A stretch of DNA of 60,073 bases, the filler included, from Sphacelaria rigidula (taxonomy: Eukaryota), in assembly GCA_964200075.2 (NCBI GenBank). It is 9 parts of 9 records of this genome, joined end to end, with 100 filler letters (N's around TTAATTAATTAA, not from the genome) between each part and the next. Parts side by side here need not be neighbours in the genome. Positions count along the whole stretch, not along the records: positions 33,431 to 40,016 come from CAXNAA020019205.1; positions 40,117 to 46,702 come from CAXNAA020019206.1; positions 46,803 to 53,388 come from CAXNAA020019207.1; 6 more parts are not named here. One strand, 5' to 3'. The notes beneath the pieces were generated by a model. The model saw nothing but the letters and a program-made list of their open reading frames with translations, made no database searches and was not told where the DNA came from. The position numbers and the translations under genes were made by a program. Positions 36,606 to 50,706 of the stretch are shown here, in pieces. Numbering within the stretch: the first letter of the stretch is position 1; each line of letters opens with the position of its first letter.

Positions 36606-39600
36606 CCACCTTTTTAGCTCCCGTGTTTTGTACCCGGAGCCCGAACCTCCGTATCGGTCCACTTTTTAAGCTCCCTTGTTTATATCCAGAGTTCGAATCT
36701 CCGCTCCGTGTATGTAGTCCCCACCTTTTTATTTAGCTTCCTTGTTTTGTCACTCACGCTGCCTGGCCCCCATCTTTTGGCTTTCTTGTTTTGTAAATTA
36801 TTTATCGACACGTACGCACACATCGGTTCGTGGGTTCGAATCTCGGCGCAGTCACACAATCTGCGATTTCTTCACACAATGCCCATCAGTGCAGAGCGAT
36901 TGTGTCGTGGATACACAACATTGGACTTCATATTCGACGAGGGAAAGGGACTGCTGAATCCCTCTCCCGATACAAAATAAAGGCAAGCACCGTAGAAGGA
37001 AGGTGGAGAACTAAAACAAATAAAGAAGAAAAAACTCCTGTGTTGGCCGTCCTCCTGTGTTGGCCGTTCTCCTGTGTTGACCGTCCTTCTGTGTTGGCCA
37101 TCCTCCTGCGTTGGCCGTCCTCCTGTGTGACCCCGGCTGGTGCGCCCACATATACCGAATGGTGTACAGACTGGCATCCAGAGTAGATGGGATCACAATA
37201 TACAACACAGTATGTATGGCGTAGGCCTGTCGTATGGTCGACTATGGATTCGAATATCCGTGTGAGCCGCATCTTTTTGACTTCTTTGTTTTGTAAATTA
37301 TTTATCGACACGTTCACCAAAGTATTGCGTAGCCCCGTCCTGTGGTCGACTGTGGATGCTTTACCCGTCACACACCGAGTTTTTTTTAGTGAATCGTCCG
37401 CGACTGTATCGTGCAGTGCTACTAATGCACGATGTATGTGTATTTTCCATGTTCCTTGTATGTAAATCATCTATCTACTACGCGTAAAACGACTGTTGCG
37501 TGGCTCCATCCTACGGTCGATGGTGGATACTACGAGTATACTCGGAGATTTTCGGTGAATCATCCGTGACTTTATACAGTGCTACTAATAGTGCACGATA
37601 AAACATGGGAGAGTTAACGCGTAGGACGGACGGCCTGTCTCTGTCACGCATTATGTATCCATTTTCTCCGCTTGTTTGCACGATTCAGAGCGACCATCGT
37701 GCGCGGTGATCTGGATGATTTCGATTCTTTAGGTGATCTACGATTTATCTGCGAGTTCATGTAATGTGGTTGAACGTGGATTTATTCACCGACATCAGGC
37801 CGTGTCTTATTGAGAGAAACATTTTGAAAACAGAGGATAATTTAAAATGGGTGGAGTTTCCAAATAGGTTGCCCTGTGCCCAGGGCGCTTCCAACTTCAA
37901 TATATTTTCGTGTTTGTGACGTTGCGGTCTTGGATTGCGGCGGTAAAACCGGAGTGGTCTCGGCTAGGCCCTTGTTTGAAGTGGCTGTAAAAGGAGGGTC
38001 TGCCGCACGCACCCGGGGTATGGTGATGTTTCTTTGCACGGAAGCGTAAAGTTATATTGGAGCATTAATCGTGTTTGTGTAATCGCCGGCGCCCTACATT
38101 CGGAAGGGCCCGCAGCAAGCCGGCGCTGAGACGCGAGCCGTTCCCCGGCGAATTCCGACTAGGTCGTCCCGCACTAGTCCCAGCCACTACCATGCCTGTC
38201 TTGAAGTACACGTACAGGACTTGCTTTGCGGTATGCCATAGGCTATAAGTTGCAAACTCCTGTTTCTCGGGCAGACAGGAGACAAGGTCAAGCGTCAAGC
38301 AGCTGCACGCTGGGCCAAGGGGCCCCATATCGGGAAATGACGGCACGACCCCCCCCCCCCTCCCAGGTCGCCCAAGCCTCATTCTGGGGTCGTAGGAGGG
38401 GAGGGGGAGGGACCCCCGGGTACCCTATTTGAGTAGGGGGGGGTACCCCCCTGATTGATGGATGATAGCGATAGTAGTTGCTGTGTGTGTGCGCATCGGT
38501 CTAAGAACATACATCCATATGTTTAAAATATGCTGCTTGCTGCTGTGTTCGACACTGCGTACCAGCCGCAGCGTGACACCTTCAGCGGTACTACCTGCTC
38601 ACTGCACCGTGGCAGGATGCGGGGTGACAAAGCACACAGCAGGACGTGATATCCTTACGGTAGCCTATCCCTGTCCTGCATTGATTCCGCGCCGTCCTAT
38701 GCAATCCGCCACATCATGAACGCAGCCGCTTGTACCTGCGGCCAACGTGTACGCGGGATATCACCCCTCGCTGCTCGCTATATCACTACGCCACATTTTG
38801 TAAGCTGTCCGTGTTACAGCTGCAGCGTGCGTTTACCCCAGGTGGCGCGCGCAGGAGTGAAAGGCCGCCTCCGCCGCTGTAATGGCTTCCTACCTAGAAA
38901 AACTCCCGTGTTGGCCTTCCTCCTGTGTAACCCCGGCTGGTGCGCCCGCATACACCAAAAGGTGGAGACCGGCGTCTAGAATAGATGGGACGACAACACA
39001 CGCAACTCACTGTGCGCAGTATACTTTTAACATCGTGTTCGTACTGAATGTAGAAATGTTTGTCCAGGGTCTGATACACTTTCACATATAATGCAGAGTC
39101 TGGTACATTCCCACATGTACGTAATGTTACTCAGTGAGATCGCCAAAACAATCTGCGACGTTTGGGCGAACTGCAGGTAAGGCAATCGCCAAAATATTCA
39201 CCTGCAAACTCTGCTCCAGTGCACTATACTGTAAGTTGATATTTTCAGGAGGACACTACCATAACCACGTTGCCGGCTGCCGGACTGTCAGGACGTAGGA
39301 CCCGCCAGCATTGCTACCGTCTGTACGGGGATGTCGCCCCAGTATCGGGTACGTAAGGAAGGGCCCGTAGTACAACGCGGTGGTCGCGTCAAGCAGCTGC
39401 ACGCTGGGCGTTCTCACTCAAGACTTCGATTCGGAGGATGATACTACGTAGGCAGCAGCAACTGCTGTGTGTTCAGGTGCCCCTTGAAGCAAGATGTGTT
39501 CGGTTTCTGTTTGACAAAGTTTTCCCCCCAGAAACGAAATCAAAAGGGGTTTTAGAGTGGGAAAATATATAGCAAAAATCGAGTCGCAAAAATCGAGTCG

Positions 39601-41334
39601 CAAAACTCGAGGCGCAAAAAACCGGTCAGTCAAACTTTTTACCCGGAGCAGAAACCAAATTCACCTCGTGAAATTCGAATATGGCTAGAAGTACCTTCCA
39701 AAAAGGGCAATGGCCTAGAAAAGGTATACCTTCTCGTTTTTTGCATTGGAAAGGTACGAAAAATGGCCAGACACGTGAAAACAGCCAAACACGCCATTTT
39801 GACCGTTTTTGCTCCGGATTTTTCACGCACATCGTTCGGGGGGGGCATTGGCAGCTGGGACTCCAAACAAAACGGATAAAAAACATGTTACTCGAGAGAT
39901 ATGACCACGCGAAAACGGACATTTCGCCTTCAGAAACCGCTCACCTTTTGTAGGTCACATTTCGCCGAGGTACACCTGATGTAGGAATTATTTTTCAATC
40001 GTACCTTATCTGGGCCNNNNNNNNNNNNNNNNNNNNNNNNNNNNNNNNNNNNNNNNNNNNTTAATTAATTAANNNNNNNNNNNNNNNNNNNNNNNNNNNN
40101 NNNNNNNNNNNNNNNNTGAAGGCGTAGTCAATGGCAACAGCAATACGACAAGCAACAATATACTACCCCCCCCCCCCCTCCCCCAGATCAGAGTTCTGCT
40201 AAAGCGGCGGAATATCTCTCGAGTAGTACATTTCCAAAATGAATAGGGCGAGCACTCGTGTCATTGCTCGTTGTAAAAAAAATACTGACTCGAGCACGCG
40301 AGTCATTGCTCGCTGTGAAAACAATTAATGACCCGAGTACACGAGTCGCTGCCCGTTCTAAAACAAATTAATGACTCGAGCACACGAGTCATTGCTCGTT
40401 GTGAAAAAAACTCGAATGACTGGAGCACACGAGTCACGCTCCTTGTGTTTTCAAGAAAGATCTTCGAGTGCACTCGTGTTGACCAGTAATGACCCGTCCG
40501 ATGTGTGGTTTGTGGATATTGTTATCATCCACTACCCAGGAAACGGTAACTGTTAATCTCTGGACGAATCGTAATTCAGTAGAAACCTGTTTCCAAAGAG
40601 GTCACAGGTTGGATCCTTTGACCGCTAGGGTTGGTCTACAAGCTATTTTTCAAGTGAGAATGTTACCGATTCAACAAATTGACTCAATCTGGTGGCCCAA
40701 GAGCCGAACCTGTCCAACATTTCATGTTTGAGCTACCTGTCTCTCTTTCCGATCCACCCAGACGTTCAATGGTTGAAAACCCATTGCTCGGCTCGCTTGT
40801 CTCTCATTCAGCTTCATGCGTGACATTCATCACCGCTGTTCTGTTGCCATTCGTATATTTCGACTAGAAAAAATGACGGAAAATGTCCAGACCCGTGGTC
40901 TACTTGGACGAATTCGCAGCATTCTTGAGTGTGATGTTGGTCTGCAATCAAGAAAATGATTGATTTTTGTTGTTGTCATTGTCAATGTCGACGAGCCAAG
41001 GGGCGCAGCAGAAATAGTGCCCCAGAAGTACGAATGAGTGGTACCGTCGAGGTGACCGACACCATGTACCCACTTTGGTCTTGGAGCAGCACCGCATGAA
41101 ACCAAAACTCGAAGTTGGAAATGTGACCTTATTCTCTTACCGTTTAGGCCTCGTTCGGGCGGCAAAGGAAACTTATCGGGACGTTTTCAGGTGGGTCGTG
41201 AAGACATTCACAGCTACCATGATGAGAGATTCGCGCGATGTTCCCGCAGTTGAAATGCGATAGCTCTGCGACCAAGAGGCCATGATAACCAAGACCTGTT
41301 TTCACCGGGGATAATTTCACCCCTGATAGCGCTC

Positions 41335-41930
41335 CGAGCTGGGCCAGTCGAAAGTAGGTGTGAATCTCGCTCAGGCGACGCACGGCGCGATATTAGGAGT
41401 TGGACGCTGAAATTTTGACAGCAGCTTTTCATGATCGAAATGCAGAAGATCACGGGACCAGCAAAGAAAAAAAGAAAAAGAAAGTAATGGGCATTTGAAA
41501 TTTTAGCAAAAGCAAGATGATGCCATAAGTTCAGGGGGAAAAGGAGAATCTGCAGCTGGACACGTCAAGTATCAGTTCCTTGGGTGCAGAAGGTCTGGCT
41601 GAAATTTCAGCTCAAGAGTCGTCGAATTGGGCCGTGCGTTCAACATTTTCCGTGACGCTGCTGCACCACTATAAATCAATTGATGGGAGACTCCAATTAT
41701 GGAGGTCATCAGTTCGAATCCCGACAGATTCTCTTTTTTTTTTCGTTCGCCGTTTAGATTATACATTATGCAGTATATTTTCTTCATTTTTTTCTTCATT
41801 CAGCGGCGGTGCCGTGTGTCACCAGGTTGGTCTACTTTTCACAGGTATATGTTTACATCGGGTGCATTCGGGAAACTGGGGAAGCTGTGATGTGAGCAAA
41901 TTTTAGCAGCTTTTAAGCTGGCCCAGCTCG
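41335..41930. mobile_element. Second copy of the 600-bp CGAGCTGGGCC MITE (inverted relative to 8565-9164)
   Basis: cgagctgggccag...ctggcccagctcg|TA. The interior aligns in reverse complement with 8565-9164. Confidence 0.8.
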
Positions 41931-42312
41931 TAGTGAGAGAACGATCGTTAAACTAGGAGATGGTGGCTACAGACGGCGAATGAGGAAGGGGACAAGATAT
42001 GCACAAAGGTTTTAGTGTAATATATGGAAGAAACGCGATGAGTGCCCAAATGTTGGAGGTGTCTTTATTAGGAGTAGGAACGATGCTCCGTCTCGAAAGA
42101 GATGCGTTGTCACTGATCAAACGACTAAGGCGAGCAACAAATTAGTACGCCCCCCTATAACAATATGCTATATACTCGCGATTGTCATCATATACTGGAT
42201 AAGCCGGGTTTTTCTTCGGGACTCTGAATCAATAAACCCACGCCAAATAGTATTTCGCTGAGTCCACAAGGAAACATGAAACGAGCGAAAAACCATCACA
42301 CTGCAGCACCTA

Positions 42313-43754
42313 TCACCTCCTACTACCATGACTGTGCATGCACTCCACACCTATTTTCTCCATTCCCTTGTCCTCTGCATTCCTCCCCCACCGGCTACTG
42401 CCCATGCCAGTCTCGTCAGTCCCCCTCCTGAGCTCGCCGCTATGTTCGAACATCTTCATCCTCTCCTTGATGCTACCTCCGACACGCTTCTTTCGTGGCG
42501 ACACAGGCCCTGCGCTGGGCGAGGCGACTGCATCACCGCCCACACCGCCCGCAGCCGCCGTCCCCTTTCCGGGTGCACCTACCGCGCCGCCGCCGCTGCC
42601 GCCTTGTGCGGCCGATTCCTCCAGCGCGCTCTCCCCGGCGGCTTGAGGTACTGCAGCGGCGTCAGTGTCGTCCGCGGAGGCCCGCGTTTTTCCTGACCCA
42701 GCATCCTCATTGTGGTCTCGACCGTTGGTTACGACGCCATCTCCGTTTACTGCGGCCTCTTTCGACAGCAGAGAACGGCTGCTACCTTTGTCAGAAGAAG
42801 AAGCACCTGATGACTGGCGATGGGAAGTCAAGGTAGCTGCCTGCGCCGGCGTCAAACCCTCGCTACCGTCCGACGCAAACTCGCACGCCGAGTCATAGCA
42901 CACATCGGACTCTGGCTTGCCCGACACTCGCCCATTTCGGTTTCCCTTCTGCCCCACCGCAAATTGTTTATCGTCTTTCGCTTCATCGGGCATCTCTTCG
43001 GCCTCAACGCCGTAACTACCCTTGCCGGCGCCGGCGCCGGGCGGTGGCGACGACCGGCCTTGAAGTGCGGCGGTTGCTCTCTCTGACACGCCCTTTATGC
43101 TCTTGAAGAAAGTTCCCTGACGGTCCGAGACCTTCGCCCCTGGCCTCCCATCTACAGAGTCATATTTGCCTCGTCCTGCTGGTGCGGCTGTGCTGACCCC
43201 GCCGGAAGCAGCACCGGCGGCAGCCGCGCGTGCTGCCGGCCCGACGGCGATGGTCTTCCCCGCATCTTTGTCGGCGCTGCCATCGTCGTCCTCAACGATC
43301 ACATCCTCTGCAACCAGGGCGGACACTAACGACGCCGACAGGGCGGGGCTTCGTTGCTGCGATTTTTGCGGCGATGGCTCTCTCGATTCCTCTGCGGCCT
43401 GTTCCAATTCGTGCGCCCCCTCTCCCCCGCTCCCTTCCCTATTGCTACCGGTACCTTCTCGAGCAAGATCATCTACCCCTCTGCCACCCATGCTGCCGGG
43501 TATACCGTCATACTTACCCCTGCTCAAGTTTAACTCATCTTCATCCTCGTCGCCATCCTTATCAGAACCTGCGCCTAGCAAGAATGATTCGAGTCTGGGT
43601 GCGGGGATCGTGAAGGCCGGGGGGGAGTCTCCCCCCGCGTGCGGTTGTGCCGCACTGCCTCCTCCGGCTGTCGGCGATGCCTGACCTTTGTCGCCCTTCA
43701 AACTTTCCCCCACCACGGCGCCGAGAGAAGCTGTGAAATCGTCCTTTGCCATTC
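42313..43754 (-). CDS. Large exon encoding an A/G/S/D/E-rich disordered region; probable C-terminal tail of a DENN-like protein
   Basis: 479-codon GC-rich ORF preceded by the acceptor gaacag| at 43754, in phase with the upstream exon. The true 3' end is uncertain because a donor may be used before the TGA. Confidence 0.8.
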
Positions 43755-44023
43755 CTGTTCGCGGTGGTGGGCGTGGGTGTGAGTGTTGGTGTGGGTGTGG
43801 GGCTTATTTTGTTGGCATCGGCGGAGGGGTTAGCGGTTGAAGGGTGTAATCAAGAGCGGGGGGTAGCCACGATTATCGTACGCTTGGACGCACATAACCG
43901 TACTTGAAATTTACGAAACTCGTGTCACAATAAGGTAATCCTGTATTTGAGTATATGAAAAAACGAGCTGCGCACCAGTAGCCACTGCAAAGAATAGTGC
44001 AGTACTGAGAACTTTCAACTCAC

Positions 44024-44127
44024 CCGTAGGAAAGGGTCCGTTAAACGCGGTACTGGCACCCGCCTCGTCCGCGTTGTGGGACTCGGTGGCTTGAGACTCC
44101 CTCCTTCCTCCCTTCTTCGGCGTATCG
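44024..44127 (-). CDS. Internal exon of the same gene
   Basis: catag|(S)DTPKKGGRRESQATESHNADEAGASTAFNGPFPT(G)|gtgag. Phase 2 in and phase 1 out fit both neighbours. Confidence 0.7.
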
Positions 44128-46108
44128 CTATGTTGCAGAACATGAAGGGCGACGAGGGATGCCGAAATTAGTTACTGTGCCATCGCCGCGGGGGGGGGGG
44201 GCATGGTACGTACGATAGAACCGTGGATTGTTCGGCCGGTATGGCCAGATTGTGGCGAGACCTTGCACTATACTGGTACAGCGCAGTTTCTGAAAATAGG
44301 GTACCGGGTGGGCCTTGTAACAAGCGATTTTGACCACAATATCATGCGGGGCATCACACCTTCAATGGGTCATGCTTATTAGGGACCCAAAACTGTACAG
44401 AGATCCATAGCCAATGGTGGAAACCGTCGCGGATCGTGGCGAAATCTCTGAGACCCGTCTGATCATTCATGAACGCCAGAGTGACTTTCATCAAAATGGC
44501 AGACATGTCTAGACCCTCATGGGGGTACTACACATTGTATATCTGATGGCAAGAATCAAGTATCCATGATCGCCACCAAGCGCTTCCCCCCCCCCCCCCC
44601 TTCGACAGGATAAGGGGGTCAAACCACAGTCTTGTGAGGGAGGAGTTGGTGAAGTCACAGTAGTGTTTGTGCGAGAAAGCTCGTTACGCGCGTGTACAAA
44701 TGTCACTCCGTGGTGTACTGAAATATTATTTTAACTGTCCATGTTTTTTTTTAGAAAAAAAAAATGGGTATGGGTGGCGGCTTTTTTTTATATTGACATC
44801 TGTAATAAATCTTGCAGTCAGATGGCCTACGTTCCATAGCGGGGCAAGAACGAGGCTACTGAGCGAAATGAATCTTGAAAACAACGGTTACCGGTACATG
44901 ACTGTAGTGATGTATTAACACTGTACCTGCAAGCGTTCGTCTCCTCCTCCGCGAAAAGACACAAGTCCAGTAGATGATATCCCAGGTGGGAGTATTGTAC
45001 ACAGTAGTCTTTTACCGACAGAATTCAACCTTCTGTTGAGGACACTCAAAACTCATTGACTGTGCTCCCTTGTATATTTGCAGTTGATAGTATCATAGAA
45101 AAAGGGAGTGTACTGTACTAAGCGAGGCAATTTCCGAGCAAGTTGGGGATTAACATGGATGAATATCACACGGTAACAGATTAGCGCCAGCAGCGACCAT
45201 GGGCTCGCGAGATCGGACCAATATGCGGAAATAATAATGATCAAAGTGCAGTAACATCACTTTCCCCCCCCTCCCTGTTATAATCAACCTTTCACGCAGT
45301 GTGCATCGAAAAGCGACAGAAAAAGGGAACTCACAGTAGCAGTCATTGAAAAATATATATCTCTCAACGAGAAGCAAGCTTGTCACAACTGTAGATATAG
45401 TATATTGGCTTGGTCGCGCACTCGAGAACTGTGAATGAAGGATACTGGTTTCGATACCAACAAAAAAAAATCCCTTTAGTAGGACTAAAGAAACAACGGC
45501 CGTCGATTCCGATGTTGACTCTTAGAGGGAGAGCGTGATGTGCCCTTCGCGTGGTGACCATGGATAAGCATAACGGCGTTACACACGATTTCACTCTCGA
45601 CATCGCCAAGTCTGGTCTCCCCATTGAGTGAGAATCAGGATGGAGACATTACTTCAACCGAGGGGTCTTATGCGATGACGTGAGAAAAATATATATGAAA
45701 AAAGAAGGCCCCCCAAACACTATTGTGACTTCACCAAGCCTTCCCGCATGAACTATTAGACAGTAGCGAGAAAACGATGGCTATACTAGGACGTAGATGG
45801 TAGCCACAGAGGGCGAAACGAAGGAAGGGAAAAGATATGTAACAGGTGTTTGTATAATGTATCGAAGAAACGTAATGAGCGCCCAAATGTTGGAGATGTC
45901 TATTAGGAGTAGGAAAGGTGCTCCGTGTCGACAGGGATACATGGCCGAAGGTCAAACGACTACGGCAAGCAACGAATGGGTACACCCCCCCCCCCCTTCC
46001 ACCTCCTCCCTCTCTCACGAGACGGTGATTCAAAGCTTGGTTGGTGTCACCACTCTCGTACATGACCCTTATGCTATAATGGGAGCAAAAAAAATAAATA
46101 GGAGGTAC

Positions 46109-46239
46109 CTGAGAGCCTTGTTCAGCATGTCGTGAAACGGTCGTAGTGCTGGAAGGTCTTGGGTCTCGAGCAGGTACTTGAAGGCCAGCGTGTCGATAAC
46201 AATCGACATGAACGGCACGTACGACTCCTCGCAGTACTC
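46109..46239 (-). CDS. Exon resembling the end of a dDENN domain
   Basis: agcag|EYCEESYVPFMSIVIDTLAFKYLLETQDLPALRPFHDMLNKAL|gtac. Resembles the dDENN pattern F-x3-F-x2-T-x2-F-x2-F-x-E. The family call is by eye. Confidence 0.6.
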
Positions 46240-49200
46240 CTGCTTCCCCCCCCCCAAAGTCACGGCATCAAAGAACAGTAGCGGCAGAAGGGTTACAAAA
46301 AACATCGACATAACAGGAACAACTCGTCTGTGTATCTGTTCATTGAGAGAACTTTTGACTTCACCGGCAAGGCAGTTGGACTACAACAATCGTGAAACAC
46401 CGGGCACTTCTCCCAAAATCGTCGGGTGACTTTTCGAGGTATGGTAGATCTAGAACCCGATTTTTGCACGTGCGTGAACAAGCCCACGGTAACACGCCAC
46501 ATATAAATGCCTCTCGAGCGCTCCTCTGAAGTCATACACCGATGCCACCGCCAAACACGTACTGTGCACAACCGAACGAGCATGACGGTGCAAAACGAAT
46601 GAACTAGCGAGGCTACCACACCATGAAGCAGGTCAGAGTGTGCGTGCGTGCGTGTGTGTTTGTGTGTGTGTTTGGTGGGGGGGGGGGGGTGTACTCATAG
46701 ATNNNNNNNNNNNNNNNNNNNNNNNNNNNNNNNNNNNNNNNNNNNNTTAATTAATTAANNNNNNNNNNNNNNNNNNNNNNNNNNNNNNNNNNNNNNNNNN
46801 NNAGCAGAACACCAAGAAGAAAGTAATGCGGCTGGAGTGGGGGGGGGGTGGGGGTGGGTGGGGGTGGTTATGGGGTTTATTTTGGGCCGCTTCCTTCCGC
46901 GAAATTCTACTTCCAATCGTCGTTGATAGCAGCAACGTTAGTTCGAACGCACTTGCGTCCGATTTGTAACGCTCATCAATACTGTTTGACATCGCTTTTA
47001 CCCAAATACAAGCGCACCGCGAGTGTGTTGGGTCATCTGACGCACCTATGAGCCCATTTTGTCGTGGAATCGAACACCCCGCCCCTATCGTAGCATGACT
47101 CCTGCCGTACATTTTTGCTAAAAAATGGTGTTTCTGTGCCTTACAAGAGTTTACTTTCTTTGTACCTCAAGTCTTGATATGGAATATCATGTAACTGTCC
47201 TAGAACACCGTGCATGGACAAACGTCAAAACGATATTTATAGGGACAGACGTTTCGATTTCATTAGCGAAGTCGGCTTGGAGAAACTCGAGGCTGTTTTC
47301 TTCTTCTTGTACCTTGTTGCTAGTGACTAGTGACGATTATCCATCGTTTTCTGCGATACCACAGCTTTTCATTCCATCAGAACCGGTGACTTCGTACGCT
47401 GGAGATGAACGGCTTGGTTTCCTGTGCGGTCGGTATAAAGTCACGATGAATAATTCAGCGAGTGCACACATCAATCTTTGAAAACGTACATCGTCGACTA
47501 ATATTTTCGTTGCCCAAGTCAACAATAGGACCGCCACGGACGTCTCCAATGAACTAGGGCATAACAACTGTCTGGTCACGAGTTCTACGATGGTGGACAG
47601 GTGTGGACCACGTTCGATTTCATTGCCAATGACGCCAGTCTGTTGGGCAGAATTAATCGCAGGCATGCAAGTGGTCGTTTGCGGCTTCATACATGCACTT
47701 GAAACTCGAAACTTTAATCGAAACAATTATTAGCTTGCATGTGGATGCACATATAGGGGGGAGGGGATGGGTGCACATATGATCCCCTCTTCCTGCGTAG
47801 CACGCAGGGAAGATATACTCCCCGCCCTCACCCACCTCGAACACAAGTTCAAACACAACACACACTGCTTTGCGTTTTGACCAATATGTGCAACCACGCA
47901 CAGCAACGATACGCAGAAAATGGCACATAACTAACCACCGGGAACGTATTTAGAGGATTGAGTGTAGCGCCATCTGAGGTTCAGCGATCAGGAATGACCT
48001 GTGTCGTATGCACCGCACACATAGTGTCGTTGCTTGCACCGGACCACCAAGTGGATCGTCAAGCGCAGCCGGGATCAAGCAGGCAAGTGGTCCGCTCAGG
48101 AGTCCAACCATGATAGTATCTGGAGAACGCTGGCTTTTGTCAGTACAGAGCAGCAATCGAGGCACATGAGCGATACAGACAGCAACAGCGGCTACACCAA
48201 TAGGCACGAAGAGCCACGGCATAAGCAGCCGGGTATGGCATATTGAGCTCGAGCATATACACATGGCGCGTACCAATAGCTTCAGATTTCTGCCCGTGCC
48301 GCCCCTGCCATCAGGTGGTCGACGAGCGGTATCAAGGGTAGCGGTTTTTAGGTCGAAGACGCACTATCCACGGCAACCAGTTTCAGCTTGTTTCGTCATG
48401 GAACAAGAATCGGTCAGTTCTGTCTTCGGAGGGCCCAAAAACCACGAAATGTGTACCAACTTTTCAACACCACCTGCTAGGCACGCACCACCTCCGGTCC
48501 CTGGTATACGATTCGCATGGAGAAAAATACATGACAAAAGACATTTGGGGATTGGGGGTAAATTTTGACATGATACATAAAGGCAGACGCCGTAATTTGT
48601 GCCAGAATGTTGTACGTGAGTACTAGGGTCGGACGCAAAAGCAATGCTTGTTCTACCGATGCGGCCTAGGCATCGAGAAAGAAGTGTCGATCGTCAACGA
48701 CAAAGGATGTACCCCTTGCGAACACGGGCCGTTTTCAACGACGGGGTACATCCACTCACTTGCCCAACTGCCCGCCTGTAAAAAAAACAAATCAGGTTCA
48801 TACTAAACCGTTTGGGTCCACATTCTTTATTTCATGTCATCACACAGTGCCATGCCCGCAGCGCAAGCACCCACTAACATAACCACGAGCTTCAAAATCA
48901 TCTCTGCATGCAGTGTAGTCATGGTCTGTGCAGTATTGTGGCTTTGCATGCCCCAAACTGCATGGAACAGCCAGAAGCAGGTACCTATTTACGGGGGGTA
49001 CCCACTTTCCCAATGTTGATTTGAAAACAAACAACGCGACAGAAAAAGAGCCACAATTTTTCCTCTTATTTCGTCGCCGAGAACGCTCTTAACCCCACAA
49101 TTGTTGCCATTGAGAAACTCGCTCACCACTGCCCCCCTCTCAACGTTCCAAGGGTCGAATGGATAATCGCTGCTTCGAATCACCAATTCTACTATTCATG

Positions 49201-50307
49201 AGGTCTGATTGCTCGAAACAGATGAAAGAAAAATGACGACGAATCGCTCAAGTCTCTGCGCAAATTCTCCGCAATTCCGCGTGCCTGGGATGCGCGTACA
49301 ACGCTGAAAGCACTACCCAAGGACTGATTTGTCATTCGTACAGTACAAATAACTTACACTCAAAACAAGTGATCGTCAGACGGATCACGATCAACCCTTG
49401 TGGAACTCGCGAAAAACAGTACAAAGTTCCACATGCAACCTTCCATCACCGGGAACAAGTTACTTCGAGTTCGGTGCACGAATCTGTCATATTAGTATAC
49501 TTGAACTCAGAGTGGTGCGCCATTTTGGTGGGCTGCATCATCAACAGTTGCAGGGAAACAATCGTATCTTGCCCAAAGGTAACGTCAAGCGTAAATTCAT
49601 CATTTCTCGATCAACGGTTCGAAGATGGTTAACCCGACCCATGCAACGTTTGAACTCTCCCGTCGCCTCAGTTTCTCAGCGACATCACCTTGCGAAGACA
49701 CGGCCACCGCAAAACAAGTATTTTGACACCCACCAACAACGAGCGATTTCTCATCTTCCTCTGTCAAGGTTAGTTTTCTCCAACCCTCCGTGCGGCTGGA
49801 GAACGCAGTTTCGAGGCAGAGAATTCAACATTTGAGCGCCTAGACGTGGACAGCAATGTCTGGAAGTCATTCACGAAGTGGGTATGATGCCAATTCAACA
49901 CACGGATGGGCACTCCGGGTGTTCAAGCGGCCATTCGTGATGCTCAGGGCTGCAAGCAATAATATCGTTCTACGGTAAGAAAAAAAAAACGAACGCCGAT
50001 ACTTGTTCATACAAACTTCAAGAATCCTTAGAATCCGAACCGGAGGGAGGATACGTAGACGTCAACAGCGGGACACTGACAGGAACAATCTTTGAAAGTA
50101 CCACGGAAAAAGTTTCGCAAGACACGATATGCGACTGTTTGATGTGTACGAGGATGTGCCACAGTAGAGCATGCTGTACAGTCCAGCTACTGACGCTGCA
50201 CAACGCTGGAGGATACTAACCATATTCGAACACGGGTACGAAGTAAAATCCAGCAACCAAGGAGTCAGCACTCTTCCGTCTACCGCGGAGAAACGACTTC
50301 ATCGTAC

Positions 50308-50483
50308 CTGTTCAAATTTCCTTCCACCAAGACATTAGTAAACGGGACACACATCGACCCGGGAACGTGCCCTCCTGCAACCCCTGGCCTAGGTTCCGGA
50401 GCCTCCGCTCGAAATCGCGCAATCGATCGCGCGTCTACTACTTGGCCCGCGGTCTCCTTTCCCTGCTCGCTCTGGCTCAATAC
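50308..50483 (-). CDS. Exon of 3-mercaptopyruvate/thiosulfate sulfurtransferase (C-terminal rhodanese domain)
   Basis: gacag|VLSQSEQGKETAGQVVDARSIARFRAEAPEPRPGVAGGHVPGSMCVPFTNVL..|gtacg. DAR..RF....PEPR.G...GHxPGS is the MST/rhodanese signature. Other exons were not found in this contig. Confidence 0.9.
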
Positions 50484-50706
50484 CTGTCTTGTTCATCGAC
50501 GGTCATTGTGTGTACGTGCGGATGCGTGTTGGACAACAACGTCCCAGGAGACAACGAAAGCACAGCACGGGTTTGGGACGTTGTGGCACAAAGCGATGAG
50601 CATGTAGCGCAAATGGTAGACTGAATCAGGGCGCCATTTTTTTCTTCACTGAAAAATTTTGGGTACTGTAGCGCAGAACATCATCAGGGAAGTTGGCTGC
50701 ACCGTA

